A DNA stretch of 62,886 nucleotides, the filler included, from Octopus bimaculoides (taxonomy: Eukaryota), in assembly GCF_001194135.2 (NCBI RefSeq). It is 6 parts of 6 records of this genome, joined end to end, with 100 filler letters (N's around TTAATTAATTAA, not from the genome) between each part and the next. Parts side by side here need not be neighbours in the genome. Positions count along the whole stretch, not along the records: positions 38,424 to 54,570 come from NC_068993.1; positions 54,671 to 61,717 come from NC_068991.1; positions 61,818 to 62,886 come from NC_068982.1; 3 more parts are not named here. The stretch is one strand, 5' to 3'. A program made the position numbers and the translations under genes. Positions 49,061 to 62,120 of this stretch are shown here, one piece after another (position 1 is the first letter of the stretch; every line of letters begins with the position of its first letter). The notes under the pieces are model-generated. The model did not search any database and was not told the origin of the DNA. It worked only from the letters and a program-made list of their open reading frames with translations.

Positions 49061-49984
49061 CCCATCTGTAAACTTATCGCCAATTTCCAGTTCTGCGTAT
49101 AGATAACTGCAGATTACTTAGCAATATCCTACTCTACCACTACCCCAATGCTCCTCTCCAATTCCCCTCATCTTCCCTCCACTGTACATCTCCTTTACCT
49201 TCCCCTCCTCTCCTCCTTCTCATCCTCATCATCATCATCATTAGTAGCAGTAGCAGCATAATCAATTCCGGACGTAGTTGTTAAGATGCAGCAGTGTCTT
49301 CAGAAAAGTATACAGAGGAGTGGTTTCCTGTTGCTTTCTCCTACAGACGTGACACTAGAGAATTTTAAAGGAGTTTGGTGAAAGGAAGTGTGCTATTAAT
49401 GCCTTTCCCAAGGTTATTAGTAACATACGTGAAAGGAAACATTTTTCACTGGGAATAGAAACCAGGTTTTATCCTTCACGAATATGATCCCACAGATTTT
49501 ATGCTGCCATATCGGTGCACATATTACTGTACTATTGAAGTAAGATATTATCGTTATCAAACGCAACAGGAAGCTTAGAGTTAAATAAACCTATTAGACA
49601 GTACTCACTCTCTTCTAACCTTTTGGTCAGTGAAAAATCCCTCAAAAATAGTAAATAATTTCATGTCACTCGTGAACTCAAGTCCTGTTTTTAGATTGCT
49701 CAATAACTGTTGAACGAAAATGGATATTACACCACAATATTAAGATCTAGAGAGCGAACTACTTTACAGTATGTGTTCACCTTAAAGAAGTTTTGCTCAA
49801 TGTTTGGTATCAAATCCAATGAATTTCGAAACATTCGTTTCCATTTTATTAAGTACAAGGCCTCATTATCAAATAAATTAACTTCAGTACATTACAACCA
49901 TTAATTTTATTGGCTAAAAAGAAGCCGACCTAGTTACGATGTGAACACATAATATGGCAGGACGAAAGTAAATGATGAAATGTA

Positions 49985-51238
49985 CAGAAAGTTCGGGTTA
50001 AATTTGAAGTATTTTGTCACCCTTTTTGAGGAACAACTTGATGTATTCCTGAACAGTGAACAGCGTTGGAGAGTATAAAGATTAACGATATAGTTGAGGA
50101 AATATTTACCTGACAGGGAGGACTGAAAACCTTCTGAATATAAGAAAAGTGCTACATGTATCATGATGATTCGAAGCGGGTATCAAAATGCTGACATCAT
50201 GACTGCTGTCAATGCAATGTGAACGCTGTAAATGCTGTAAGACGTGACATGGACAGCAGAAACAGAGACTACGAAGCTGTGGCCAGCAGTGAGGGATACA
50301 GCAGGCGTTCTGACTGCGTCTTCACGCCGGGGTTCATCCCAAACCTGCAAGACAAGGTGATGGAAGATCCGAATAAGGTAATCCGGATTTAGGCGAGGGA
50401 GATGAGTGTTGGATTCGCCACCAAGAAGCTTGCCCTAAATAAGAACCTTCACTTACAATTCATACGAGACAAATTCTGAGGGCCGAGGCTAAGAAGAACC
50501 GCTTAAGAAAGGCAAAGAAGCTCCTAAACAAGCATCTCGTTGAACCGGAGATGATCTGATTCTTCTCAGATGAAAAGAATTTTTGCCTGGATCAACTACA
50601 CAACACACAGAACAAAAGGTGATTTGCTGACAATCCATGGGATATTCCATGTGTCATGAAAACCAAGTTCCCCCACACTGTGATGTGATGGTCTTTGGGT
50701 ATGTCTCTAATGAAGTGACGTCATACCTCCCCACATCTTTGAACAGAGCCTTAGGCTCAATTCGGACGACTAAGTGAAGCTGCAGGAGACCGTGGTTAAA
50801 CTCTGACTAGAGTGGGTTGCTGCTGGAAGGCCATGTGTGTGGCAGCACGATTTGGCTCGTTACAATACTTCCGGAAAGAATCAGAAATGGTTGTCGGAGA
50901 ATTTCTACGACTTTCCGAACCTTAATTTTTGACCTCCTAATTCCTCCAATTGTAATGCCGTGGATTATTATGTATGGGGCGTAGTTGAGACAGATACCAA
51001 CCGCTCTGCCTGCAACAGAGGTCAAAGAGGTGTTCGAAGATCTTCTCAGGGACACCGTGAGGGACGCACGCACCAGGTTCCGGAATCGTCTTAAGAAAAC
51101 TGAGGGCGGCTACTTTGAATAAACTGCCATAATCAAGTTCATATTTTTTTTATTAATTAAAATAGTTCTATTTCTAGAAAGGGTATTGTGTTTTCTTTTC
51201 CTTTTATGCAAAGTGTAAAATTTAGCCCGGATACCGTG
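49985..51238 (+). mobile_element. Tc1/mariner transposon (probably DD37D/maT), near full length, pseudogenised
   Basis: FFSDEKNF...KTKFP..VMVFG.VS...VWQHD...WPPNS-like...DYYVWG. Imperfect TIRs (TA-CAGAAAGTTCGGGTTAAATTT versus the reverse complement of AAATTTAGCCCGGATACCGTG-TA). Confidence 0.8.
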
Positions 51239-51531
51239 TAATCTGAGCAGTTATGGTAAACAGTAGAGTAGCAGACATCGTAGAAAAAAGGACTATTATA
51301 GATAACAGTATTTAACATTATCTCCATTTAAAATTTATAACTGCATTATGATCGAATAGTATTCATATATTGAGACCAATCAATATCGCTTATATTCTTC
51401 ACCTACAAATCTATGATCATGAAACAATGTTGGAAATTAGTATTACAAATCGACCACATAAGTCTTAGGTATGAGGTCGATTCACCCTTAGGTAATCTAT
51501 TCTTTTGTAATTGTGTATATTAAATGATATA

Positions 51532-51915
51532 TACGAGGTCTGATAAAAAAGTATTGAGTCTGGTGCTATAAAAAAAACTCTACAACACATATCAATTCAG
51601 CATTTAATTTCCTTCGAAATATTCCCCTTCTAAAAATACTCACTTTATCTAGTGTCGTTTCTGTTGATGGAAACATTCCTGGAACTCCTTTTCTGGGGAT
51701 AGCGATCAGTTACATCGTTGTAAGCTCTTGGATTTCCTCGGTATCTTGAAATCTTTTTGGGGTCTTCCTCTGCGAAAACTGAACCTTGGTTTCAGGGTTA
51801 TTGCCATCGACCTTCGATTCGTCACTGTATTCACAACGTTTTCATCTTTCTCGACATGGTTGAGGAAATCCAGCGCAGCTGAAACCCAATCTTCTTTTGA
51901 GACGACCAAACTCTA
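51532..51915 (-). mobile_element. mariner-family remnant (3' TIR plus deleted transposase)
   Basis: TACGAGGTCTGATAAAAAAGTAT terminus; minus-strand ...EFQECFHQ....EGEYFEGN* C-terminus. Confidence 0.75.
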
Positions 51916-52125
51916 CACACTTTAGTTCGAAGCATTACTATAAACAACGGAAGTGAGCGAGAATGTCATAATTTATGTATGCGTAATAGAGTTCAACGTC
52001 AATCTGTCCCAAGTGGCTTTATTCTTCGTACTTTAGCTTTGTTACCATAGCAACAGTCTTGATAGTTTTTGATCAGATATATGTGTGTGTGTGTCCGTCT
52101 GTGTGCGTGCGTGCATGTATGTATG

Positions 52126-52159
<34 letters not shown>

Positions 52160-52389
52160 TTATGCATGTACATAATGTACCTTTGTTCAGCATAAATGTA
52201 TGTCACGATTACACAATTACAAAAGAGCTGCTAATGGTTTCGTGCTTTAAGACACATTAAATTGAAAGATTTATATAACGTGCCATATATCTCCAAGCAG
52301 TCTTCCAACCCATTTATACCATTAGTCAGTTAGGCATCAGAATTACTGTACCTACTACTTACTGTATCCAAAGTTCATTTCTTATATGT

Positions 52390-53190
52390 TTCCCTGGACT
52401 TATAAACCCTATAATAAACTGAATAAGAAGCTCACATACATATATATTCATAAATAGTCCTGTCAACCCTTCCCCTATAGTGTTTAAAACCCCAATAGCC
52501 AATATCAGTAAAGAAAATTTATAAGGCACCCCCCCCCCTACTATAACAATCCTCTAGCTAACAGCGGCTTCAAAGATAAGATATCATATTACCTTTAGTT
52601 GCAAATATGAAGCCTAAAAATAGGCCTCGGAAAATAGTATGGTTGACACCCGCCTTTTCCCTATAAATGTTAAAACTAACAGTATACAATACCGGAAGGA
52701 TTTTAATAGACGCTCGATAAAAATTTCGTACAGCTGCTGCCCCAATACGAAGGACATTATCATTCGTAAGTCATACCAAAAGCCCATTCTCAGTTGATCA
52801 GGCGTTTTTGATAAACGCAGTTGTTTATGAAGCCGAAGTTACAAAAGTGTTCCTAGACAACATAATTGAGAAGGAAAATTACATTGGTTTATGCGAAGGA
52901 AATTTTAAAAGCTGTTATGTAAACCACCAGCCTTCTTTATGTCACATCCATAAAGATAAGGCCACTAGGTTGTTTAGCCGTGTATGGGATCTGAAGACCA
53001 AATGCATACTACATACAATCAAGTGAAGAATCCTGAAGAAATCTACGCCATATAAAATGGATCAAAGAGAAGCAAGTTATGCGGAGCTGAAAGATTACAT
53101 ATTATTTTTTTTGATCCAAAAATTCTAGTACACTACTTAATTCCAGATCAGAAATTTTTAGCAAATGCAAGCACATGGAGACGTTTCTTT
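52390..53190 (+). mobile_element. PLE RT C-terminus/linker plus GIY-YIG (possibly Hydra-type lineage)
   Basis: YKPYNK, RPRKIVW.TP, KISYSCCPN, AVVYEAEV...NYIGLCEGNFKSCYVNH...SRVWDLK...KSTPYKNGSKR.KLC...KCKH. Confidence 0.85.
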
Positions 53191-53607
53191 TTTCGAACTG
53201 GAGGACACCACCCACTCCGGATTGAGTAGCTTACTCACAGACTTTGACCTCCTTTCTGTTATATTACTCCGCACCAACTACATTAATTATGATTTCTACC
53301 GTCAAATAGGACGAAGATCTTGGTTTTCTTCTCGTTCCATTTTTTGCATCAGTTCTTTTTTTTTTACTTTTATTTATTTTATTTTATCATAGATCAGAAC
53401 CCTGGTTTTTAAATACAACTAACGTTATGAACTAAGCCTGAATGAATGCTTGGAGACACAAGGCATGTTATATTAACTGTCAATTTATTCTTAAAGCAAG
53501 AAACTATTAGTAGCTCTTTTTGCAATTATGTATATTAAATTATATTTATCTCTCACTGGATGGAATACATTTTTGTTGACCCTACCTATAATGGAGCTAT
53601 AAATTAA

Positions 53608-53640
<33 letters not shown>

Positions 53641-53662
53641 TATGAATAATTCTTTTTCTATA

Positions 53663-53770
53663 CGTACAAGGCCTGGAATTTTTAAGGAAGGTCTAGTCGA
53701 TTGCTTGACCGTAGTGCTCGACTGGTACTTATTTTATCGATACCCGAGAGGATAAAAGGCAGATTCGATC
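53663..53770 (-). mobile_element. SINE family C, 3' fragment
   Basis: ACAAGGCC...GTCGATT...ACTGGTACTTATTTTATCGA...GGATAAAAGGCA, the reverse complement of the family at 21442. Confidence 0.6.
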
Positions 53771-54084
53771 TCATGCATGAATAATACACACGCATATACA
53801 CAAATACGCACACACACACACATACTCACGACTTTATTTAATTCAAATAAGACTAAGCTCTTCTAAGATGAGAACAAATTCGGGCTACGAAGGGTAGATT
53901 TGGAGCTGGTAGCTCCCAAAGTGAAAGAACACAGAGACGCTTGTGTCTAACGATCTAATTACGTCATTCACAGCCTAATATTTTTTGGCTTAGGTCGTCT
54001 AGGAGGGGAACTTTGTCCCGAGATTATTTTGGCCGCGAAATTCCCCAGTACAAGTATACATGAATGTGTTGAATATATCTGGTA

Positions 54085-54181
54085 TCTTCGGCAAGTGTCT
54101 TCTACAATAGCCTCGTGCCGATCAAAGCCTTGTGAGTGGATTTGGTAGAGGGTACTGAAAGAAGCCCGTCGCATATATGCA

Positions 54182-54210
<29 letters not shown>
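54085..54210 (+). mobile_element. SINE family B, core fragment plus (TG)n
   Basis: GGCAAGTGTCTTCTAC...AAAGCCTTGTGAGTGGATTTGGTAG...CTGAAAGAAGCCCGTCG. Confidence 0.8.
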
Positions 54211-54212
<2 letters not shown>

Positions 54213-54670
54213 AACATATTTTCTAACAGAAAAATAGGCTGTTAAAATGAATTATTTTTTAAATATTTTTAAAATCACTCAGTCGCCCTAATGAAAATCC
54301 TTACACACGTACATTCACACATACTCACACACACACACACACGCGCGCGCGCGCTTAGCGTGAGTGATATACTTTTGTAGAGAGTGAGAGGCAGTGGTAA
54401 ATATATAAAGAGAGAGAGGGGTAAGTTTACTACGTGAAACACGAAAAATGAAAAGTATAGACAAGTAGAGAGAGAGAGAGAGTGATAGATAGATAGATAG
54501 ATAGATATCTTTTTATTATAGCCACACAGGGCTAAATACAGAAAATGGACAAATTACAAAGTAGAGCTTTNNNNNNNNNNNNNNNNNNNNNNNNNNNNNN
54601 NNNNNNNNNNNNNNTTAATTAATTAANNNNNNNNNNNNNNNNNNNNNNNNNNNNNNNNNNNNNNNNNNNN

Positions 54671-54719
<49 letters not shown>

Positions 54720-55349
54720 ATATGTATATGTGTGTGTGCACTTGTGCATGTATGTATTTGTCTGAGTGTTAGTATGTATATAGAAGTGTATGTGAACCAA
54801 CACATATCTATACATATAGGCTGAATCTTAAAGGTCAGCTAAAGACAATCACATGTATAATGTATAACCAACCATGAAGAACAAATCAACAATACAAAGA
54901 AATCAAATGACAACCACTTTAACAGTAGCAGAATCACCATCCCACTGTATCTACACATTCAAAGCAGTTTACCAACAGCACCTTCAACAACAACACACCC
55001 TGATAAGCTCAGTGACTACTACTTAATTCAGGCCATGACAGACAAAAGAGAATGTTCTAAAAGCCTAGAAGCTTGAACTTATGAAGATAATATTTACAGA
55101 TCTCATAAGGCAGGGAAACAATTGCATAATTAAGTACCTGCACGCCTGGAGAACTACATTGTGTAGAAACAATTGTAGTGACTAAAAAAATAAATGTCCA
55201 ATCATACTCCTTCTTGTTGACTCCACATAACAGATGCCCAAATGCAAACCTGGAAGTACATATAATACTACAACTGGATAGCACAGGGTAAATCTGAAGG
55301 TGGACAAGTTTTATACTGTACTCTACTATGTTCTTAACAGAATATACCT

Positions 55350-55388
<39 letters not shown>

Positions 55389-55944
55389 ATTCATTTGAAT
55401 TAGGTACTTAAATTGAGGCACCTTGCTAGTTCGGTATAATCTGCACACCCAAACAATACTATTTGAATATCGAATACGAACACTCCATGTAGAAGTATTG
55501 GTACCCAATATTCCTGTCATTTGTGTAGACAATGCAACCCAGCTAAGTGAAGATATTCGCTCTTGGTAATTTCAGACATGTACATTTTATAAAGGTACTT
55601 TCTACAGCATTTCCAAAGTGCAGATTCCAAGTTAGGTGAACAGAATATAAATAACAAAGATGTACAGGAGTCAAGTCATTACAGCTATTTCAAGCGGCTC
55701 CATTTAATTGAAATGTTTTCATTAATCAATTAAATGGAGCTACTTGTAACGGCCATAATGAATTGACACCTGTACATCTTTATTACTTATTTATTTATAT
55801 ATATATAGGAGTGGTGAGAAAGGACCTTCAGATGTTACAAGGGACCAAGGCTTCTAGCAATTTCTTGTGCTTGAGAAGACATGCCAAGCAAAATAAAATT
55901 GTGGCCATCCATCCATATATACACACATACATACAGACAGACAT

Positions 55945-56310
55945 AGATACAGGTATGTCTTTTATGCCCACACCCTTCACTCCCTCTCTCAGCCAAGAGG
56001 TGTTTGTCCTGCAGGCTCCTGGGCACTGGTGCTATGTGAAATGCACTCATTTCAGAGCCACGTAAAAGCACCTGTTTTGGCATCACATAAAAAGCACCCA
56101 TGCCAGAGCCATGTAGAAAGCACCCATGCCAGAGCCATGTAAAAAGCACCCAGCTCACTCTGTAGAGTGGTTGGCATTAGGAAGGGCATCCAGCCATAAA
56201 AATCATGCCAAATAGACAATTGGAGCCAAGGCAGCTCTCCAACTGGCCAGTTACTGTCAAACCATCCAATGCATCCCAGCATGATGATGGTGATGATGGT
56301 GATGATGATG
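55945..56310 (+). mobile_element. RTE LINE 3' UTR fragment with tandem units and ATG-rich tail
   Basis: Repeated GCCAGAGCCATGTA.AAAGCACCCA units, GAGTGGTTGGCATTAGGAAGGGCATCCAGC, then (ATG/GTG)n. Confidence 0.8.
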
Positions 56311-56721
56311 ACGACTGCTACTAGACATTCCTCTGTGATAAACAAAAATGATGCCAAGATAAGCATAAATTTCTGTTTTCTTAGCTTTCATTTCTGCCAA
56401 CCATTCACCTTACATTCTACCATGTTAAAGTTGCTTTTTTTCCGCATCATCTTTATTATCTATATGTCTCTAATTTAATATGATCTTTTCTCCTCATGAT
56501 ATTTCTTAATCTCATGATATTGATATTTCCTCTCTTATGAAAGTTTTAATATTTTGACTCTCTCTCATGAAAGTCTACATCTTGTGTGTTCATGATGCGC
56601 CCATCTATTCCTGGCCCCATTGTTTAAACTGGAATCCTTTCATTTCTCGCCGTTCCAACTTCAGCCTCCTGCAAATGATGGCAATAAAAAGGCATAGTGA
56701 AAACCCACAATATTGGAAATA

Positions 56722-57068
56722 CTCTTTTACCTTGTTTCAGTCATTTGACTGAGGCCATGCTGGAGCACCACCTTTAGTCGAGCAAATCAACCCCAGGACT
56801 TATTCTTTGTAAGCCTAGTACTTATATCGGTCTCTTTTGCCGAACCGCTAAGTTACGGGGACGTAAACACACCAGCATCGGTTTCAAGCAATGCTGGGGG
56901 GACAAACACAGACACACAAACACATACATATATATACATATATACGATGGGCTTCTTTCAGTTTTCGTCTACCAAATCCACTCACAAGGCTTTGGTTGGC
57001 CCGAGGCTATAGTAGCAGACATTTGCCCAAGGTGCCACACAGTGGGACTGAACCCAGAACCATGTGGT
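56722..57068 (-). mobile_element. SINE family B, near full length
   Basis: Both halves with an internal (CA/TA)n; 5' head slightly truncated. Confidence 0.9.
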
Positions 57069-57199
57069 AAATCTAAGCATCTTATTCCTTAGAGGTGTAG
57101 GCTTTCACACATTACTGAATCAACCACCAAATAACCTTCCCACCAAAGATACATCCCCACTTCCTGCAGATTTCAAGATTTCCGGCAGATTTGCAGATT

Positions 57200-57745
57200 T
57201 AGTGCTACAGTCATAAACATAGGCACAATAAAAGGTAGGTTTGGTGAGATTGTGGAACATAGAAAGAATCCTCAACAAAACTCCTCACAGGTAAGAGACA
57301 GTGGTACAAATTATTCTGAGTGAGTAATAGTGGCAATAACGGAGGAGTAGGTATACTTTTAGCTGAGAAATGGATGGATAAAGTAATTGAGGTAGTCAGG
57401 GTATGCGATATAATTATTAAGATGAGACTAGTTAAAGGCAACTCGACAGTGAGAATTATCTCTGCATATGCCCCAAAGGCAAGATTAACAAATCACTTCT
57501 ATGAAGCCCTTCTGCAGACTACTTCAATGATGACTGATAGTGACTTCATCATCATGGCTCGCTACTTCAGTACTCATGTTGGCCAACACATTAATGCCTT
57601 CTGCAACATATATGAAAGTTATGGATACATTGCAAAGAAATGAGGTGGGTGTAAGGCTCCTGGAGTTCTGTGATGCAACTGGTCTAACGATTTGCAACAC
57701 ATACTTTAGCCAGCCAGCCAGCCACCTCATTCCCTACCAATCTGG
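57200..57745 (+). mobile_element. RTE APE endonuclease fragment
   Basis: NIGTIKGRFGEIV, GGVGILLAEKWMDKVIEV, IISAYAP, RNEVGVRLLEFC...ICNTYF. Confidence 0.85.
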
Positions 57746-58169
57746 TTATTCTTATTGCTGATACCCTTAAACGAGTCTATAACAGACCTACATTCACTCC
57801 AAATGTGTAAATCTAAGACCCTACTTATTTTATCTTGGATGGAATCTAAGAAATCTTTGCTAATTAATCCTATCTCTGTTTTTGCTGAATTAGCCTCTCA
57901 AATAAACCAGCACAACACAAGGACTCTTAGGAAAACTGACGGTGCTGCAGAAAGAGATAAGCCAACCAAAATGTAATTTCAAAGACAAAAGTTGCTGTCA
58001 TTTTGTGGGTAATTGTCTAACCAAAGACTGTCTATAAAACCAAAGTCCAGATGGATAATACAAATGTGTACTAGACATATGCACAATCTACAGAAAATTC
58101 TTTTAAAACAAAGCTACATCTACACAGAAATTCTTTAAGTTCCTGGAAAATAGAACTGCAATGAGCCTA

Positions 58170-58375
58170 GTCAAACACATGGCATTTAAAAGAAGCTGGT
58201 TCTTCACCTTCTAAAATCTACTAGTCTGTTTAGGAAAAGGCACAAGTCTTATAGAAGCTCCATGAGATGCTATTTATGTTTGAGCGAAAAGTTCTTTATT
58301 CTTTTCCATGATAAAAAATGCTTTAAACCAGAAAACAGAACTACTGCAGACATGCTCCCAGATATCTAATGAATT
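58170..58375 (+). mobile_element. PLE GIY-YIG C-terminal fragment
   Basis: SMRCYLCLSEKFFILF...LNQKTELLQTC (frameshifted). Confidence 0.65.
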
Positions 58376-58798
58376 GCCAAATGATCCTATATAGATAGCA
58401 GATCTTTTAGTTTTGACATTTGCCACTTCTAATGTATATTACCTTGCCTAATTTTTATTCAATGATACACAGTCATTCCAAAAAAAGACTTCGACTTTTT
58501 CACAAGCTATCCCATTCGTTAATAGTTGTGAATGCTCCCCTTTTCCCACTGAATTATACTGAGTTTTATCCATGGGCCAACTGATTTTAATTTCTAATTC
58601 AAATGTATGTCCAGAGACAAATTTGTTATTTTTATTATTTGTGTATTTTTGAGGTCGTGCAAGTTCTACTTATTAAATTTTCTTTGTATAATATTTATTA
58701 TTTTTTGTCTTACTTTATAAAATATGTGTAACTAACCCTCAAAGGGCTACATCCCACTGAATAATCTATATCTAAATAGCTGAGTTTGTGAGTGTGTG

Positions 58799-58829
<31 letters not shown>

Positions 58830-59972
58830 TGCATCTATAGAAATCCACATTTTCCACTTTTTCCTGAAAAATTTTACATCAATGGAATTTTCTCGACGTG
58901 AACTTTCCAGTGCAGTAATTAGATTTTTAAAATTCCGTTTACTTTGTGTGATTTAAGGGAGATTTGGCTGTTGTTTCTAGCAACTTTTATATTTCTTCCC
59001 TTCTACCTGGAACACCATTCTTACACATGCGCTCAACATATAATATAGAGAGTAAGAGTAAAAGAGGGAGAGAGAGAGAGAGAAAGTAATACATACAAAG
59101 TCATAGATTAAACTTTCCTCTCAGTATTCTTTACCTATTTTTCACAACATTGATACGTAAAAACACACACAACCACACATACGTGATCTGTGACAACAAC
59201 ATACACATTGGTCCCGTTCTCTATTCNNNNNNNNNNNNNNNNNNNNNNNNNNNNNNNNNNNNNNNNNNNNNNNNNNNNNNNNNNNNNNNNNNNNNNNNNN
59301 NNNNNNNNNNNNNNNNNNNNNNNNNNNNNNNNNNNNNNNNNNNNNNNNNNNNNNNNNNNNNNNNNNNNNNNNNNNNNNNNNNNNNNNNNNNNNNNNNNNN
59401 NNNNNNNNNNNNNNNNNNNNNNNNNNNNNNNNNNNNNNNNNNNNNNNNNNNNNNNNNNNNNNNNNNNNNNNNNNNNNNNNNNNNNNNNNNNNNNNNNNNN
59501 NNNNNNNNNNNNNNNNNNNNNNNNNNNNNNNNNNNNNNNNNNNNNNNNNNNNNNNNNNNNNNNNNNNNNNNNNNNNNNNNNNNNNNNNNNNNNNNNNNNN
59601 NNNNNNNNNNNGAAATTTTCTACAAATATACCTTGATGTATGTACATTTCGAGCATCTAGGAATTTTGAAGGAAACAACTGCAGGTTATTTTTGAGAAGT
59701 GTTCCTCACTCGGTGGTGTTTCGGAGCAAGTCGTCCATATTTGTTTCATTTTTCTCTATTATGTGCATCTGTAGATTTCTAATGAAGTAATAGGCAGTGA
59801 AGAGAAGCTGTCATAAGAAAACTTTTAACTACCTCTATTCCTTTCTCCCCCTCTCTCTACCTCTTCCTCTCTCGCTCTCTCAAACGCATACACGTGCAAG
59901 TACACAATCATTCAGTAAAATATAACTCATGTTCGTCAATGTTTTGTAAATATACCACAATTTTCACTAGGA

Positions 59973-60070
59973 TGTTAGGGTTAGGGCTTTAGGGCCAGGG
60001 TTAGGGCTTAGGGTTAGGGTTTAGGGTTAGTGTTAGGGTTAGTGTTAGGATTAGGTTTAGGACTAGGGTT
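59973..60070. repeat. Degenerate (TTAGGG)n interstitial tract
   Basis: About 15 variant units (TTAGGG, TTAGTG, TTTAGGG, CTAGGG). Confidence 0.85.
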
Positions 60071-60132
60071 GGGTAATCGTGTGGGTGTTAATCTGAAAAA
60101 TTACAGATATGTGAAAAGTACCGACCCTGCCA

Positions 60133-60684
60133 TCTATTATAACTTTTGTTGTTCTGTTTAATATATACATAGATTATGCCTTCAAAGAAGAGAGTTTGCT
60201 GGGGAAAGAAAGCAACCGGTTTAAAATGACAGCAACAGACTGCAGCAATTCACCACATTCCAGAAGCTACTTTGAACATAATGCAAAATGGTGTATCAAC
60301 ATCTTCTGCCCAATCTGATAGAATTCTGGCAAAACTGTGTAGCAACAGATCGCCAGCAATTGCTTCCTCACAAATTGCCGTCCTACCTCCTGCGAAAAGG
60401 GATTACCCTGCTATATATAATCAGGGCAGCGCAAAAAGTTGCTTTGCACAAGCATTTCTATAGCCAATTAGACGGATGAAATTTACGTACGCTTAATAAT
60501 GTTACGCAAAACAACCTTCAGATTTTCCCTATTAATTTCATCGTCTTTTGAATTATGAACATATTTACATCATAAGGGTTTTTTCGTTGTAAGGCTTTCT
60601 TTTTTAGTTTGATTTTCACCTAGCAAGACTTATCGTAGATGGCGTAATAAGTCACACCCGGACAAGGTCGGGTTATACTGCTAG
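60133..60684 (+). mobile_element. Non-autonomous Helitron-like element
   Basis: 3' hairpin ACCCGG-acaagg-TCGGGT, then CTAG 7 nt later (60681-60684); candidate 5' A/TCTATTATA at 60133. The base after CTAG is A rather than the usual T. Confidence 0.45.
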
Positions 60685-61336
60685 AATTACCTAAAATAAT
60701 GTATTTTAACTTTATGATTTAATATTCTATTTTAATTTATTTTATTCATTTAACTACTTTTGTTTATAGATATGTAACTCCCTTTCTTCCTATTATCATT
60801 TTCATGCTTGTACATATTTAACACACTGGTCTTTTTCCTACTTTACGAGGACCCACTTTACAAGACTCCGGGTTTATGGCATTTATTGTTCAGCTCACTT
60901 TGTATAGTGAGCTGAAATTTTTCAAGAAGATACAAATTTTGAACAAAATGCATATTACTGAGAAATCTATAGAGAATGAAAACAAGCTTCTTCTAAGCAA
61001 ACAACTCCAGAGTTGTTTTTTAAAAAGAAATGTATAAGTCTGTCCATAAGCGTTTACGAATTGGCGATTGCGTCTACAAGTGGTGTACGTAAGTCTAGTC
61101 CGAGTGAAAGTGATTCAGCAAACAATTATAATAATAATGCCTTTTATTATAAATGATCTCGACATTATTTTTACTTTACATACAATATTCTTTACATTCT
61201 ACTGTTGTTTTATTGCCATTTGTTTACAGACATAAATTTTATAGGTAAATATTTTTCTTGGAACAAATTATTGCTCTTCTTTACAAGTTTTCATTCTGAG
61301 TGATCTTCAGGAACAAATTAACTCATATATGGAGAC

Positions 61337-61717
61337 TGTTATGTTTCCCTCGGGTGACTCGCAGAGATAACACAACGAGTTATACAATTTAATTATTACA
61401 TTTATTGTTCAATTACATACAAAGAACGCACTCACCCAATGTTCGTTATGAATAAACAAAAGTCATGTCCGCCATATATATATCAATGACATTTTACTCC
61501 GACAGTCACACAAGACAACAACAATGAACTCAGACGAACCACATGACACACGGAACGTCAGACGAATTACATATCTAACAGTCCATATAACACCTCCCCA
61601 CTGAAATTGATGCTACACAAGAAGTATCAACAGCAAAGTCTCTCTTGGGTTTTACGGGTTCTCTTGGACCGTCTTGGGTTGTCTGGTCCATACTCTGGAA
61701 CGGGTAACATGGTCTTG
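61337..61717 (-). mobile_element. 3' LTR (61337-61592) with polypurine tract and integrase tail of a gypsy-type element
   Basis: TGTTAT...ATAACA termini, GGGGAGG PPT (61593-61599), upstream minus-strand PRRSKRTRKTQERL*. Confidence 0.75.
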
Positions 61718-61817
61718 NNNNNNNNNNNNNNNNNNNNNNNNNNNNNNNNNNNNNNNNNNNNTTAATTAATTAANNNNNNNNNNNNNNNNNNNNNNNNNNN
61801 NNNNNNNNNNNNNNNNN

Positions 61818-62120
61818 GGACCAGTGAAACTGGAGAATATTTGGGCCTCAACATAACCAACGAAGAGGTTCGCGTAGTTGGTGCCCATTCTCGTCCCCAT
61901 GGCCACTCCCGAGACCTGCTGGTAGATATCTCCCGCGAACGAGAAGCAGTTGAGAGATAGGACAAGTTCGGCCAGACGAATGAGTGTGGAGGTGTCGGGT
62001 TGTGGGTTGGGGCGTTGGTCTAGAAAAAACTTCAGGGCACGCAGCCCCTCGTCGTGGGGGATCACTGTATAGAGGCTCTGGATGTCTAGAGTGAAGAGAA
62101 GCTTAGAAGGGCCGGGAGGG
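61818..62120 (-). mobile_element. PLE reverse transcriptase fragment (open frame)
   Basis: LLFTLDIQSLYTVIPHDEGLRAL...LVLSLNCFSFAGDIYQQVSGVAMGTRMGTNYANLFVG. Confidence 0.9.

Noticed and set aside
53440-53480. Hammerhead-like CTGAATGA-ATGC...GCAT downstream of the PLE at 52390-53190
   Set aside because: The core has an extra base and GAAA is absent; too degenerate to support.
59973-60070. True chromosome end or telomere-attached EN-deficient PLE
   Set aside because: The tract is short, degenerate and internal, with ordinary sequence on both sides and no adjacent Athena-like ORF.
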